From positions 958,796 through 1,022,795 of the forward strand of contig RDEW01000010.1 of the NCBI GenBank assembly GCA_011109175.1: a stretch of DNA of 64,000 bases, read 5' to 3'. This stretch comes from Dicyema japonicum (taxonomy: Eukaryota; Animalia; Dicyemida). A program made the position numbers and the translations under genes. Below are positions 12,480 through 25,850 of the stretch, one piece after another (position 1 is the first letter of the stretch; each line of letters begins with the position of its first letter). The notes beneath the pieces were generated by a model, which saw only the letters and a list, made by a program, of their open reading frames with translations, had not been told where the DNA came from and did not search any database.

Positions 12480-13900
12480 ATCGCAATTCTCTTGTGGATC
12501 AGATCTATCATTTGTTTATTACAGGACATTTACTTGGACTGCGAAATTCTTTTCGAAGGCAGCTAGATATCTGTCAGTCGAGCAGATATTTTGTTACGGA
12601 TGGATGGTAATTTTCATATTGAATTTACAGCAGATTGATAATCTGCATAATTCGCCGCGGATATCAATTCCTCAATATCAATGGAGACAAGAATCGTTCT
12701 TTCATGAGCCTTTTTCAGATTAAAAATATCTGTGATGAATTAGTCGACGTTGAAGATGGGTCGTGGTGAAATGGTGTTTCCGAAACTGTGCTGTGAACGA
12801 GAAAGTGGAAACGAAAGAGCATCGAAGCCGTGGATGACTTTTTCGAGAATTTTAGAATTAGCAGAAAGGAAAGATGTTGGTCTCAAGAGGTTGGGGTGTT
12901 TCTGGATTTGTTTGATTTTAATGCGGGAATAATTTCACCTTTCTTCTATATATTTGGGATTTGATGTTTTTTAGTTAGCAATGGAAGACATTAGTCAAAG
13001 TATAAATATTTCCAAGATTTTTTTAGGTTGATAAATCTGTTGTCGGCCCCAGTAGTAGAATTATTTTTAGTTGACAAAATGACGTTTTTTGTCATTTCAG
13101 AAGTAACATACTTGGATTTTGATTTTCTTAGAGATTTTATTTTGCTCTGTTCTTTTTTTCAATATCCAAATGAGTTTTGTGATTTTTGCATAATGAGGAA
13201 ATTTGACTGATCCATGATACGGGAGATTTTCTTCCTTATGTAAGTTCTTCCTACTAGTACAGACGTGGATCTATAGTTAGAGATTTATTTGATATACATA
13301 TTTCTTCTATTTCTTTTTTTAGTTGATTTTTTGTGTAATCTTCGAATTTATCTCATTTAATTTTTAGGGTCAATAATCGAGGTAGTCGAAGAGGTCTGTG
13401 GATCAGAATCGGATCGTGATATAGTGAAAGTCATATGTGACCTTCCGTGTTGCATCTTTGAAAAGGTTATATTAGCAGAATGATGTCTCCAGAGGTAGAA
13501 GTGCCTCATTTCCTGTTCGGGCTTCTAGTGTGACTTTTTGGGTGATTTGAGATATATAAGTCGTCCAGATCATGTTCAATGAATTCACCAAATTATTCGT
13601 TGCCTGCGAGCCTCTATGGAATTATTGCATTAGGTCCCTTTATGCTTCATTTTTCAAATAAAGTGTATTAAAGGGTCCTGGATCTGAGATTGGTTTTTCC
13701 TCTATGCTAATATTCGAGAGGTCAGAGTGCTTTGTTAATTGTAGAGAAACTCCTATTCTACAAGATCTTTATTCGAGAATAGATGAGAACGTTGGTGGAA
13801 AGGATATTGGTGTATTTGAGGTACTATATTCAAGTTTGAACCTACAGTGGATAATATGCAAATTATTGTCCATAAGACTTTTTTAATGACAAAGGTATTG
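12480..13900 (-). mobile_element. Degenerate Ingi/Vingi-like LINE (APE end, linker, RT start)
   Basis: KNNSTTGADN, QHGF-like motif and KAHERTILVSIDIE; many stops. Confidence 0.55.
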
Positions 13901-14009
13901 ACTTTATGATAATTTTTTCACAGGTTCTACTTAAATGTAAAGGCGTACTCTCCTACGTTTGATGTGATCACAAGTTTGAAAAGTCTAAACTTTCGTGGCA
14001 ATTTCATAG

Positions 14010-14340
14010 CAAAACGCATTCAGTATTTGTTCATGGACGTCAAAGATTTTATTCAACACCCTGATTCTATTATTCACGCTGTAATAGCGTCCGACTCTCT
14101 TGGATAGATCATTCCTAACGACAAATCTTATCCCGTAGTGCTTGTTCCCACATGGAAGGAAGATTAGTTGAAAGTTCCTATGTTGTTCTTCGATCCCGTT
14201 GATTAGTTTAGTCTCCTAAAGGCAGGCGATGAAATCTTGTATTTTGAAAGATCCTCAGCCAGTTCCTTCTGTTTCCAAACGCTAGAGAGTCCCCTGACGT
14301 TAAATGTGAGAAGGGAATGTCCAATGGCTTGATACTGTGT
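14010..14340 (-). mobile_element. RTE-like APE endonuclease 5' fragment
   Basis: TFNVRGLSS..KELAEDL..ACL*ETK..HYGIRFVV..SVNNRI; paralogous to 50350-50600 and 59140-59400. Confidence 0.65.
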
Positions 14341-15499
14341 TTTCCAGACATTGAGTTCAAGAGCCACGTTACTCAACCAAAAAAATTTTAGAATTCTTGT
14401 TAAATCTATGATTGATGTTCTTCAAGTTGTTAGTTAGTTGGATTATGGGATGCTTCAAACCTAGTGTGGCCAAAAAATTGAAATAACTTAAAGTATAATC
14501 AATCAAAAGCTACATGTATCGGAGATTTAATTTTAATTAAGGGACGATCGATATCTTAATATAAAAAGTACCATTTGGAGCATCTAAAGTATGAAGGTCA
14601 TTAAGGAAAAGGTTGAACAGTGTTGGAGATAATGGGTTGTTGTTAGTGTTTGTGAGATGAGGTTATTGTGAATAGACGTCCTGAAGATTTTTTTATCTAT
14701 AATCTTGCGGGAGAGTTCAAACGTGCGATAGTATTGGGCTTTGAGGTGGGTTTTATGTCTGATATTAACATAAAATTTCATAAGATTGTTGGCATTTGGG
14801 CCTGGGGTATGTTGCGCGTTTGAGTATGGGGGAAACTTCTTTAGGCTCTTTCTTGTTTTTCATATAATAGAAGGCGAGTTTTGCGTGGCTTTTTCTCAGA
14901 ACGGCTTCTCAGCGTTCTTTGCTATGTATTGCAATGTTCCGTGTAATTTTTTTATTAGTTCTGAAATCTTTTCACTAATGTCAGTAGGCTCACTGTTAAG
15001 GTTTTTTTAATTTGCAGAGGTGCGTACCTCCTGAGAAGGTGGTGGATTTTGCATCACTCACTGCCAACCAATAGCACTGTTCGATGCAGAGTTTGAGAAA
15101 ATATGCTCTATTTTTTAATTACTGATAAACTCAGTAAAGAATGGAAGAGGTTTCCAAGGTGACCAATTGTACAGGTCATTCCCGATCTGAGTTAGTTGAG
15201 CTTCTTTATATCAAAAATGAAAAGCTGAAAGTCCAGGACACATATGAGTACTCTACCGTCGGCTTAAGGAGCTGGTTATATATGGATAATCGAGCATTCC
15301 TGTGACGGTCAGCACTCATTGAACTCAAAGTCCCCTTAATAACCAATATATGGATGGAAATTTAAATTTAGGATATTCATGTTTGATCTCAATTTCAAAC
15401 ATATCAAAGGTGCTCCAAGAATTTTTTGCAGAGTGAAATTAAGAGTTCGACTCCCACCAAGCTATAGATGATACTTTGCTCAATAAAATCAGAGCAAAC

Positions 15500-16118
15500 G
15501 TGTATAGTTTGAATGTTACTCCACCCGTTCAACATCATAGACACTGTCTTGTCCTGGAGTCTTTGCCGACAGTCTTCCTTTATTTGGTCGTACACACGAT
15601 TGAGCAATGGACCACCAATTTGATGACGAGAAGGTAAACGATACCCAGGAAGAAGCATTTGGACGAATTTGACAAATTCAGAATGTTCTACAGCAGCAAA
15701 AAAGTGTTACTCGAATATTTGTATCTAGCGAGTTGAATATCAATCAATATTTTTTTTTATGACGTTGTCGTAGTAACGAAATTAATTAAAGACTAATCCT
15801 TCATCCTTGGAAGGAATTCGCTGATCAAATCACTTTCAGGTTTCGACGGATTTTCATACATATCAATATTAGTTCGACATAACAAATTATGCTGCCTCAT
15901 CAGAGGTACGAGACCTTGTACCTCCTTCCCGCAATTACGGCATCTGGCTAGACTCCCGGTTTTTCCAAGAATAATACGTTTATCGATGTGAACCCACAAG
16001 GCATCACGCTTTCTTCCAGACATTAAAAAAATCATTTAAATTTTTTTGATTTTTTAATGATTTAAATCATTGATTTTTTTGTTGATTAAAATCAAATGAT
16101 TTAAATCTAACAACCATG
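15500..16118 (-). mobile_element. 5' part of a hAT transposon (BED finger + DUF659-type transposase)
   Basis: MSGRKRDALW..ARCRNC..MRQH..C BED finger; PGYRLPSRHQIGGPLL..GWSNI; terminus CATGGTTGTTAGATTTAAATC at 16118 with repeated GATTTAAATC subterminal palindromes. Confidence 0.8.
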
Positions 16119-16920
16119 TTCATATTTGATCTCAATTACTAACATATCACAGGGGTGTCTTCACTAGGTGTGCCCACATAGCATAGTAATTAGTTCTGCT
16201 GTGATTCTCACATTGTTATCACTGTCTGGATGGTCAATCACCATTGCTGAAGAATTTGGTGAATTGATTGACCCATGTAGGATCTGACTATTCTGGTGTT
16301 TCCTTCAGTGATCTTCTGTTAAAATAAAAAGATCTTTATTCCATGTGACAAAAACTAAAGCTGCTTGACGGTCAAGTTGCGCTTTTTCTTCTAGAGAACT
16401 ACATCCATATGCTGAAGCTCATATATAGCCTCTGATGTTCTCTTTCTTTCAGGCATTCTGACATCCTTGGATCATACGATTCTTCTATAAAAGTTTATAA
16501 ACGTCGGTTTGGATTGCTCGGGTTGTTCCTGATGTATGTTCAATGATGCTATATCCGAAGCTTGGAATTGACTCAATTAACAGCGCCTTGCTTGTCCTCG
16601 GTATTGAAGGCAGTGGATGTTGGTACAACAATTATCTATTCTCGAGGTTGGAACTTTACTGGACAACGTGAATCTCCGTATCGGTATTGCCTTAAGTCTC
16701 TGGCTCGACGCTTGCGAACTTTACTTGTCTCGTTGTGGGGTCATAGTTCACTAAAAGAGATCATCCTCTTTTTACAGAAGGAAAGATGAAGAATTTTCAC
16801 ACCACCCTCACCGACATGATCAAACGTGAGGTTGATTCCGGGCGAATAGCTGTCAGTCTAACCTCAGAGACTTGATGTTGCACGAACAATAATATTGATC
16901 TCGACTTCTGATGATCAAAC

Positions 16921-17187
16921 CTGTTTCACTTGTATATTTACTTTGTCTTTATTTTTCAATTGGCTTTGAGACGTTTTTTCGTAAGAGTGATTTCTAGAGA
17001 ATCATTGCAGGTCTTACATATTGGATTGTCCATTGGAGAGAGTGGCTTAACACCAGCGCGAAGTCAACCTGAGGATCATCCGGTGAATGGGAGCTCAGTG
17101 GGGGAATATTGGGTCCTTGTTCCGTTATGTAAGAAAAAACGTCCACTCTCCGCCATCATCTGAGCGCTTGAAGACGCGAGCTTTTAC
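16921..17187 (-). pseudogene. Unidentified gene fragment with three candidate tiny introns (also in duplicate copy 2)
   Basis: Minus-strand GT-AG candidates 16921-16941 (21 nt, GTAAAT..CAG), 16994-17017 (24 nt, GTAAGA..CTAG) and 17160-17187 (28 nt); product not recognised. Confidence 0.4.
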
Positions 17188-19019
17188 TTATTAGTGAGGT
17201 TGAGGGTAATTAACAAACTTGCAACTTAGAGAATCGCGTGAATGCATTACTGCCAATAACTTGCAAAGTCGATAACTCCGAAATCAGTAGATGACTTTAA
17301 GAAACTGATGTCACCTGACGTTGTTTGATTAACTCTGACGTAATTTTGATCCAAATATTAATACACTCTACTAGTATTCCAAGATCTGGTGATCGTTGAT
17401 TCTTCCTAAAGTGGATCTGCTCTCTTGTCACTTAACCTCGAATTTTAATATAAAAAATCAAATTTGGTTCTCTTATAACTGAACGATGCCCATTCCGGCT
17501 CCTCACAGTTGAAATTCTTGGTTTGACGAGTTACGTCTCCATTAGTGATGCCTTAATGCAGAATCGGATTATCTACAAGGACTTACAAACCACAAGACAG
17601 TAATCCCTAAAGAAACTAAAATTGCTGTAAAAAGCTGACAGTGACCAAGATACACGAAGACCAAAAATATTACAGTAACTTCGTTAACATTGAACATCGT
17701 TTCAGAGATTACGTGATCAATTTTGTTAATTCACTATACGAAGACAAACAGGAAAGAAAGTACCAATTAGATGATCCTGGAATTAATAAGCCATATAACT
17801 TTTCCGTGTGTTTTTCGAGTAACTCCACTGCTTCTTAGAAATGACCACGCTTTTTTTGAGAAAGTCTATAGAATTTTCTGGTCATTAAGTAGAGAACGGC
17901 CAAGTCAACTCGTTGGTCCATCATTAATGATTCTTTTTGTCATTTCGAATGTGTCGACACCTTGGAGGCAATTTTTATATTAGCGAAAAGAATGTCATTA
18001 ATCTGAATGAATATCATTGGCTTAGAATAAGTTTTACACATATAGGTTTAATATAAGAAAATATTAAGTAAATGAGTAAATAGAAGATAAGGCGCCTGGC
18101 TTCTATCCAGTTGATTGTGGGTCCGAATAAGGCAAATATAGTTAATAAATTCAATTGTACTTAAATTAATCGTGACATTTTTTATAAAGCCTATTAAGAT
18201 TTGACCACTACTAATAAGCCTGTTTGTTATACTCTTGCGTCTGTCTTTATTGAACTTTAAATCTTTCCATACCGAATTTTGGTGACCTGAGTTTTTGCAG
18301 TTAACTAGCACTGTCAATATGGTAGCTCCAACTGATGTACTTACTGCATGTTGAAAAATAAATTGTATAGAGAATTTTTATTACCCATCAAACTCAAAAA
18401 ACTAATCAAAGATAAGGAGAATACAAATCGACAATAAACCAGTTTTGGGTTTGAATCACGGCTAAAGAATCATGAATCACCGTATGTCTCTTCTTAACTC
18501 ATGAACTAGGACGATTTTTGTCAATAAAGTCAAAAATTCATATGTTCTTTGTAATTGATTAAAACTTATAAAAATGTAGTTTTTAGTCAAAAATATTACA
18601 TTAATCAAAAGTTATGAAGTCAAAAAAGTCAAAACTTTGGGTAATGTCAAAAAAGGTCAAAATTTAATTTTTAAGATCAATAAAGTCAAAGTTTTTATTG
18701 ATTTTTTAATTGTTTCATTTTTAGAGTTTTTAAATAAAATACTAGCGTGGGATCAATTATCATCATTTACCTTGTTGCAGCGTTCAATCAAGAATGACAT
18801 TGAAAAGATTCGTCTGTTGTTAAAAAACATCCTGATGGAAATCTTTTTTGGATTAAATTTGGGACATTTGTAACTGCAAAAAACAATTTTTATAGATTTA
18901 TATAGATCTTCTAAGAAGCATATCAAATTAGCATTTTTATTATTTTTATTACTATTTTATAAATGTCAATATTATAAGACCCATTGATTTCCTAGTCCCA
19001 TCTGCCGAAACATTGGTCG

Positions 19020-20500
19020 ATAATTCACTAAGACTTTTGTTAAATCCGATTTTCCCTTGCATAAGTTAACAGTAAAAACTTACGAGATTTGTTTGAGAGT
19101 ATTGGACATAATCTTCCTTTTACTTACGCTTGTTGAAAAAATGTAGAACATTTATGCCACAAGCAGCTTGACAGAATTGAGCTATTTTTGAAGTTTTATT
19201 TTTATTTATTATAAATCTGAAAAAAAATTTGTTTTGATTTACGAAACAGATTTCCGGGGACAGAAATATGTCAATACACTTATTGGAAGAATTTCTGATC
19301 TCAGGAAAATATTTTTAATATCTTGTCGTCATTGTCTTCTTCGGATAACTTTTCGGTTATCGTTCAGATAATTGACGATTTTCTAAGGGATTTTGCGATA
19401 GATTGTGAAGAAGCTCTTCACATTCAGAAATTGCATTTCGGGGACGATGAGTCCTTTTGGCACGACACAGTTATTGAAAATGATCTCCTACCTTCCCCTT
19501 CCCGGGTCTTCAGACGAAAACTATTGATCCGTTTCACTACTAAGCTACTTATTGACTTGATCAGCATTTCCTGTTCTTTTTCTATGCTGCTCCACCTTTT
19601 TGCAAAGGCACAGTGGCATTTTCATTATGACTCTATACAGCACATGACATAGATCTTCCCTTTCGCGAGCCACTATTGTATGTTGATAGATATCCTTAAG
19701 TTTTCTACTCGATCCTATGTTTGTCAGCAGCTTCCTATTGTATTCATAACTGATCTAAGTTTTTCGATCCAGATTTTATTGTGGGGATTCTTAATAGAAT
19801 CAAAATTCCTTGTCCCAACGGAAGCGTTCTCTAATATTGCCTTTCAGAAATAAATGGGATAATCAGAGAGCCATCCAATGTAAATAGCATCTTAAAATGG
19901 TTTGCTTTCTGCTAACAATGCGTCCCCCATTTTTATCATCTAGAGTTATTGGAACTTTTTACAAACGACCTTAAAGTAAACGTACAACTTCGTGAAACTT
20001 TCTGTTGTCTTTCACGCTCTTTATGTGTTTGATCTGATCTATTGCCCTCCTCTTAGACTCCCGTTAACGACCTTGGTTTTCCATGTACGATTAGTTATGA
20101 ATCATAACATAACTTATGATACTTGTTTTTTACTTAATGTGAGCCTGGGAGGAGCAATAGCTAATATGGATCTGCTAAAGTGCAGTATTTATTATGAAGT
20201 CTATTTGGTTTTATATTTTAGTAACTTGACTGTTAGGACTGGTCCCGTGGCCTTACCACGTAGTTCCATGCCTGGCTGATAGCATGAAACCTGTGATCTA
20301 ATTTATAATTTGTTCTCTCGTAAAAGATGGAGTAAAGTTCCTGGAAAGTTTCTTTTTCCCTGCCATGTCTTCACATAAACGTTTCCTCTACACAGATGCG
20401 AATGTACACTGGCATTCAGATCACCAACAGAAAATCAACGAAGAATGTTATGTTCACAATATACCGCTGAGTGGAGTGTAGAAATCGTCAATTTTTTGAA
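19020..20500 (-). mobile_element. Degenerate RTE-like RT inside the duplication (second copy about 42200-43670)
   Basis: GILI..K..LR(P/S)V..NTI and QKDSSSP (QGDSLSP-like); homologous to 31655-33670. Confidence 0.6.
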
Positions 20501-20699
20501 TTCAATCCACCACTGTTGGGTGCATGGGGACAATAGTTATTCACTTTGAGTAGTACGACACAAATCATGTCGTTAATTTGAAATCAAGCTAATAATTTTA
20601 AATGAATATTAGAAATCAAGCTAATAATTTTAAATGAAGTATAATATAAATATTGTAGTTATAATATAATATAAATAATATAAGACTCGATTATTTATC

Positions 20700-20801
20700 C
20701 GTCTTTAATTTTTTTTGACAATGAGCTTTTTGAGAAGCATCGCTCCCTGATCAGAAAAATAGCCCATAAAGGGCGATTCGCCCCTCGTTGAGAACCACTG
20801 G
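20700..20801. mobile_element. Isolated hAT (Buster/Charlie-type) terminus
   Basis: GTTGAGAACCACTG (reverse complement CAGTGGTTCTCAAC) ends at 20801 and is followed by GTCTAGGG, an nnnTAnnn target-like octamer. Confidence 0.55.
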
Positions 20802-21099
20802 TCTAGGGAATCGGATCGCTATACGAAAAGGAAATCCTCATGAGTGCTGCTGGTTATTTGAGCGAATCTCGCTCGCTATCCTGAGAGGTAATACCCACGC
20901 TGTTAGGGCATCTTTTAAATAACCGTTACTTTATTTTTTAATAAAAATTTTATTTAAAGATACTAACAAAATTGGAAACGTGTCATATGGTTGTTGTTGT
21001 TACGAAACATCGAAAAACAAACCAGAATGCTATGACTTCAGAGCCGAAAAAAATATTGAATATGCAGATTCACCGGCCATCGAGTTGGTCCAGCCTTTT

Positions 21100-21600
21100 T
21101 TTGGAATTGATACTTCTGTAACTCGCCCACATGGCGATTGCTGAAAATTGTGTGTTCTACGAGCAATACTACTTTCTACAACAAAAGAAATGGGCTAAAT
21201 CAGTCCAAGACTCTATCCGAGATAGACATGGCCGTATTTTCCGGGGAAGATGGAAATTTATCTGGAGACCTTCAAGTCTAAATTTGATGAAGATATAACA
21301 GAGTTGAGTTTAGAAAGCTCTTATACATTCAAAGACTGCGTAAGTACCCAGTGAGCAATTGTCTCAGGACCCTGTTGAAGATGGTGTATCGGTTTCTAAA
21401 TTTAATTCACAGTCCTGGACTCTAAATTATACGATCACTGCCGACACACATTTAAGGAGCAATTGATAATTGTCGAGCACATTGAACAAAGCTCGAAACC
21501 TCGAATTAAAAAGATTCTGTCAAGATTGGCAATTACTTACTGGAGTGTTTGAACTGTGTCATTAGCAAGTGGGTTAAAAAAAACTCTATACTTCTGTGGA
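21100..21600 (+). pseudogene. Unidentified intron-containing gene fragment
   Basis: 28-nt intron GTAAGT..CTCAG at 21340-21367 joins MEIYLETFKSKFDEDITELSLESSYTFKDC in frame to DPVEDG. Confidence 0.35.
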
Positions 21601-21912
21601 TCAAATTTCTACTCTTATTTATGCTGGACAAGTTACATATCAAATTATTTCAGTGAAAAAATGAGCCATCAAAAATGGAAAAAAATATAAATAGAAAGAA
21701 TGAAAAGTGGAAATCATTTTTTTTGCTAACTGAAAAGTTTTTTATGAAGACTTTGTCGACCGAGGAAAAACCTATGGCTTGTCACGCATTATCGTTAGTG
21801 GGATAAAAAATATGGTTAAAGAGCGAGGATTACTTCTTACATTGAAGATAAAATTAAAATTCTCGAAAAGAAATTGTTGGTATCTGAGTTCCGCGAGAAA
21901 TTTCGCCTAAAC

Positions 21913-23353
21913 CAGTGGTTCCCAACCTTTTTGAGAGTACAGAACCCTATCGACATTTTTCATTTTATACGGAACCCTTAGTTTTTGACAATTATCAGTA
22001 TTTTACTAATATAAAAAAATAAAATGCTAGTTAGTGAGATGGTTGATGTCTTTTTTTACAATCAACCAAAAAGAATCAACATCAAGCTGTAATTATTCCA
22101 TTTTTAACGTTCTGTCACTTGAAGCGAACGCAAGTTCTTCTTCCTCTTTTAATGATAGCTTGTTTCCAGTTATTTCGCACTCAGCATAGGATTTTTCACA
22201 CAAGCATAGAATTCAACTGATATGGGTAGAAAAAAAATTATTCGCAGATGAAGAAAACAATGTGTGTGAATAATGTTCAGATTCTTATTTTTCGCAATAG
22301 ATACAAAGCATTTAAATTGCCTAGTCATTGTTAGAACACCACCAGCTCAGATACCCACACACGCATTCCAATCCAACGTTATATCCTCAAAATATGAATT
22401 TGTAAGATTGAAAATGTCATATCCCTTTGTTGTTCTGAGCAACTCTTTGCAACAAATAAAATCTTCAACAATGGATACATCGTTCATGTATCGAACGAAA
22501 ACAAGGAATTGCATTCTTCCTGTAATATCTGAACTTTTATCCACTTGAAGCGGAAAAAACACAGATTTTTTTATTCGCAATATCATCAGACAAATCCTTG
22601 ATGCGTCTGCTTACAGAATTATTAGAAATAGGAATTAAGTTGAGCTCAGCGGCAGCAATTTCTCCGAACATTATCTTGACTACATCTTTGCATTTAGGCA
22701 AAACAGTTTTGGCGTGAATATGCGATTTCAAATTTTTAGCTGCAATCTCAGTAACAGCATAACTAGCATGCAGTGCTTTTTTGTTTATTTTGAATATTTT
22801 TCGTAAAACTGGATGCTTGAAATTTATTCTGGTACAATTTCCGCATAAAATATTTTTTTTCTTTGAAAGTCCGGGTGCTTGATTGAGAAATAACGTCTAA
22901 GTTTCGTTGGAGCCATACCACTTTTCGCATGTTTTTCACCGCAAACAACACAAAGTGGTAAAGTGAAATCCGTGTCCCCAGTCTATGTGAAACCAGTTCG
23001 ATGCGATTAAACTTTAAGATATGCACTTCACAAGATTCCATTTAGACACGTGCAAATTAAATTAATTGTTTTGAAAAATTATTATTTTGAAAAAAAAATT
23101 CGTCGACCTTCCCGATGATGTTAAATTTGTTCCCCTTGCTATGGAGACTTCCGGATCCTACTCCCCCTCTACACTCGAGTTTTTCGGACGCACTGGAGAT
23201 CTCCGTGAACGCCGCTGGCTATTTGAGCGAATTTCGCTCGCAATTTTGAGAGGGAACAGCCACGCGGTGAGGGCGGCAACTACCTGACTTCTATTGTTTA
23301 AATTTATTAATTAAATTTCAAAAATTTCGTGGAACCCAGGTTAAAAACCTCTG
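21913..23353 (-). mobile_element. Deleted hAT/Buster (ZBED5/FAM200-like) transposon with TIRs and degenerate 8-bp TSD
   Basis: TIRs CAGTGGTTCCCAACC (21913) and GGTTAAAAACCTCTG (to 23353); TSD GCCTAAAC/ATCTAAAC; transposase IPISNNSVSRRIKDLS, LQVDKSSD..QFLVFVRY, EDFICCKEL..TTKGYDIF. Confidence 0.85.
23100..23320 (+). mobile_element. Short CRE 3' copy nested in the hAT element
   Basis: Near-identical to the reverse complement of 56750-56972, with an internal deletion (FVPLAMETSG..AILRGNSHAVRAATT*). Confidence 0.85.
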
Positions 23354-23639
23354 ATCTAAACTTTGAATTAAATCGAAGATCATTTTACAGAAACCTAACC
23401 CCTACTGCAAATAATGATTCTATGTCACATGGATGGCTAGATGCCTATGGGCAACTTGTTTTTTTACGTGTTTCCATGATAACCAGATATCAATTGCTAA
23501 ATTTAACAAAGAATTTATTTAAAATAAAAAGAACAATTATTTTTTTAGTCTTGACATTAAGACAGACCTACTTCTTCCATCAGAAAATTCAACCTATACA
23601 TAAATTTGAAAAATACCTTCGGCGAATTTTCCTTTCTGT

Positions 23640-24345
23640 AGCACAACCGAATATCCCTAAGCGCGTGAGGGATAGTATAGCCGGAAGTGTTGCAATATCC
23701 TTATACCATACAATAGATAGTGCTTACATCACTAGCCATTCATGAGGGCACCTGCCTTCTCCCCTGTAGTACCTTCTCCGTAACCTTTTGATACTGGGGG
23801 CATCTAAAATAGTTCGCCCTGTGTTCCTCCTCGCCACAGTTCACGCACTTGAGAGACTGACTTTTGATTTGAAAGGCCTTTGGCGAATTTGAACCCTCGC
23901 AATTCAAGCACTTCTCTTTATGAGTGCATCGGTAGCTGCCGAATACTTGTCAGCAATAGCACTGGATTGCTGTTGGTCTCTCTAGGGCCACACCGAACCT
24001 AAAGTAATCAATGCGTACTTTCTCGAGGCAGATCCTCTCTGTCTCTGCTCCAGAGCGAAGTCAGACCTTCATGGTCCGGAGTCTCCTCCCCCGCTTGTGG
24101 AGACCTTCTTGATGTGTTCCAGTACATCATCCACGAATTCCAGAGTGACTCCGAAAACTAGTACTATTGAATTCGAAGCCATAGGAATGACCCGTGACAT
24201 GTTATGTGCCCCGGGCCCAAAAAGTACCTTAGTACTGACCTCAGTTTCGAAAGCTGAAGCGTCGTCGTCATTCCTTAATCCCAACAACAAGTAGGATTTT
24301 CCGCGTTTGATAACTCCTTGGCATAGGTAGCCAGAGTACCTTTTT
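23640..24345 (-). mobile_element. LINE ORF1 (gag-like, triple CCHC knuckle) with start of ORF2
   Basis: IQCYC*QVFG..., KCLNCEGSN and KCVNCGEEHRANYFRCP, a Jockey/I-group ORF1 signature. Confidence 0.75.
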
Positions 24346-24539
24346 ATTTTTACCAAATTTATTAATATTTAAATTCTAGTAGTTAAGTTAATGCCCAAAT
24401 ACTTTAAAAATAGTTTTTTTTTCAAAAATAATCACATCTAGAAAAATTTCTTCTCTCGTAAAATCCAACATGTCGTATTTTTAAATTTAAAATTGTCTCG
24501 TATTGGCATCATAATCCTGTCTAAATAATTTTTAATAAC

Positions 24540-25140
24540 TATATAATATTATACCTTAATATAACCATGCTGCTAATTTTAAACGCATCTTCATCGCTTT
24601 TCCATTTACGCTTTTCTTCTATCCGGTCTGCTGCCAGCACAATATTTATATATGCATCTTTTCTCGAATCCTCCAATTGCAGTAATTCAGTGTCTACCGC
24701 CTTTAATTGTTCTAATTCATTGTCTTTAACTTTGATAGGATATTCAATTCCCATAAAAATGTAAAATGGTATTTTCTTTGTAGAAAATCGTATTATCGTG
24801 TTATTATAGTCGTAAATGATGTCCTGAAGGTATCGCAATATCTTCCAAATCAATTATCTGTATAGCTTTTTGATGATATCCATCTTTTGATGCTATATTT
24901 AATCTCATTAGTAATAACAAGTTTTAGCAAACCGTTCAACCTGGCCTTGTATCCACGGAGCTCTTGGTCTTCCACGAATATGGTGTGCCTTGAATTTTTG
25001 GCATAACCCCTCCATATATCCGTTACAGATTTCCTTCCCGTTGTCTGTATATAAAATCAATGGAGGGCCGATACGTCTGGACACAATTTGGAATATCTGT
25101 CGGAGTTGGTGGGTTTCTATTTATATTGGGCTGGCTATTA
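24540..25140 (-). mobile_element. Ginger/KRBA2-like DDE integrase fragment
   Basis: GPPLILYTDNGKE..HIRGRPRAPWIQGQVER..IIYDYNNT..KKIPF. Confidence 0.8.
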
Positions 25141-25179
25141 GGTATTTGAAATACGTTTAGTTAGACGAAAATGAAATAA

Positions 25180-25850
25180 ATGAATTTGTTTATTGATTTT
25201 GGGGGAATTGAAATTATTTGTCATATTGATGATAGATCCCGGTTCAAAAATTCCAACTTAAAGATTATGCTTCCACTCGTTGAAATTGCGAAAAATCTTG
25301 CTAAATTCCAGAAATCTAGACGTTTACTGGGGGCTTGTAGACTAGTAGAATTTTTATTGTAAACTTGTTAACTTATTAAAAGGATCCAACTTACGACAAT
25401 TGGGAATTCTATCTGCCCTATAGAATCAGGCGGTGCATGTGTATTTTATTGAGTGATTCTCATATTTCCCCTACATTTATAAATTTGGATATAGGTGATA
25501 TGAGCCCCCGAGAAATGATTCTAGATAAAATTTTTCAATTTGTAAATAAATATACTTTGCAGGATGTCGTGATATTATTGAATGTGATGCTGATAGAAGG
25601 TCGTGATAGAATGGTTATTCCAATTTATATGTAAGGTCGTTTATGTCAACAGTAAATCTACTATGCGTAAACACAGATGAGCGAATTTGGCTTTGGGCTG
25701 TGTGGGAATGTGCAAATATATCAATTACATCTGTTAATATTTATTTTTATAATAGCAAATGTACTTATGTTCAAAATAATGGACTTTATATTCTTCCGAA
25801 AATTAGCAATGTATGCATAAAATCTAAAATGGAAGAGATCCATCACTACT
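25180..25850 (+). mobile_element. Possible Merlin/IS1595-like transposase debris
   Basis: FGGIEIICHIDD (compare IGG..IVxIDE), IWLWAVWE and ILPKI; scrambled and weak. Confidence 0.3.

Larger units (their letters stand above)
16869..20577 (+). repeat. Segmental duplication, copy 1 (3.7 kb)
   Basis: Collinear near-identity with 39553-43748; lacks the 498 bp present at 40653-41150 in copy 2. Confidence 0.95.

Noticed and set aside
15377-16155. Imperfect direct repeats of about 36 bp flanking the BED-hAT fragment as a giant TSD
   Set aside because: Too long and diverged for an 8-bp hAT TSD; both look like ends of separate LINE remnants
19323-19652. Duplicated ORF of about 110 aa (also 42498-42830) as a conserved gene
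   Set aside because: It is antisense to a dead RTE RT and shared only through the segmental duplication
20580-20638. Short tandem duplications (also about 2447/2541, 31164/31191, 50027/50072, 62331/62353) as CRISPR-like or other arrays
   Set aside because: Only two copies each, no spacer array, eukaryotic context; consistent with repair or slippage duplications
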